DNA from: Eledone cirrhosa | Taxonomy: Eukaryota | NCBI GenBank assembly: GCA_964016885.1 | Contig: OZ024743.1 | Location: 370,450,001 to 370,514,000, forward strand | Direction of reading: 5' to 3' | Length of the DNA: 64,000 bases | Part shown: piece by piece, positions 63,702 through 64,000 of the stretch | How positions within the stretch are numbered: the stretch's first letter is position 1 | How the letters are laid out: the number at the start of each line of letters is the position of its first letter | The notes under the pieces: generated by a model | The model's database searches: none | Told to the model about the DNA's origin: nothing | What the model saw: the letters and a program-made list of their open reading frames with translations, nothing else | Translations under genes and position numbers: made by a program

Positions 63702-63839
63702 CAAAATTCTTCAGTTGTGATTTTGAAGATAAAAATATGTGTGGTTCTAAAAGTCACCCCAAAAGAGATTCTTGGTCTATAGGTGCTGGAATTTTTAATA
63801 AAAGACCAAAACTTGATTACTCAGAACAAACATATGAAG
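63702..63839 (+). CDS. Exon K, MAM domain N-terminus; gene continues past the window
   Basis: Acceptor atttcAG, donor GTgaat, phase 1/1. SKFFSCDFEDKNMCG...W...RPKLDYSEQTYE. Confidence 0.88.
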
Positions 63840-64000
63840 GTGAATTATCATTTAGAATTTAATTCCTTGTTTTAATGTTGCTGTTTCTATGATAGTAAAT
63901 GTTGATCATGACATACACAAATTTTCCTTGCATATCAATAGTACTTCATTTTGATTATAACTGTTTTCAGTACTAATTAAGTACTTCTTCATACAAGAAT

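Overview
AT-rich animal genomic DNA, not prokaryotic. The repeat landscape ((TA)n/(CA)n/(CAT)n microsatellites, RTE LINEs, tRNA-derived SINEs, Penelope-like elements, Helitrons) suggests a coleoid cephalopod such as an octopus; this is inference. The window is the interior of one large + strand gene. Eleven GT-AG exons (16483-63839) splice in frame into MAM-MAM-MAM-LDLa-MAM-LDLa-MAM, a MALRD1/endotubin-like architecture, and the gene starts and ends outside the window. The introns hold at least 4 Penelope-like element (PLE) remnants, 3 Helitrons, about 10 RTE fragments, a Chapaev3 element nested in a Tc1/mariner-type MITE, hAT-like remnants, a CRE-like fragment and several satellites. The most notable unannotated signal is a set of about 10 type-I hammerhead-ribozyme (HHR) motifs. 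These include a recurrent U3-A8 compensatory core variant (UUGANAA), one HHR with a ~100-nt stem II insertion, HHRs sitting at the 5'-truncated ends of RTE fragments, and a perfect 404-bp palindrome with an HHR-like motif in each arm. Other findings are a twin-primed RTE insertion and a satellite arising from one arm of an inverted repeat. All calls were made by eye; none was checked computationally.
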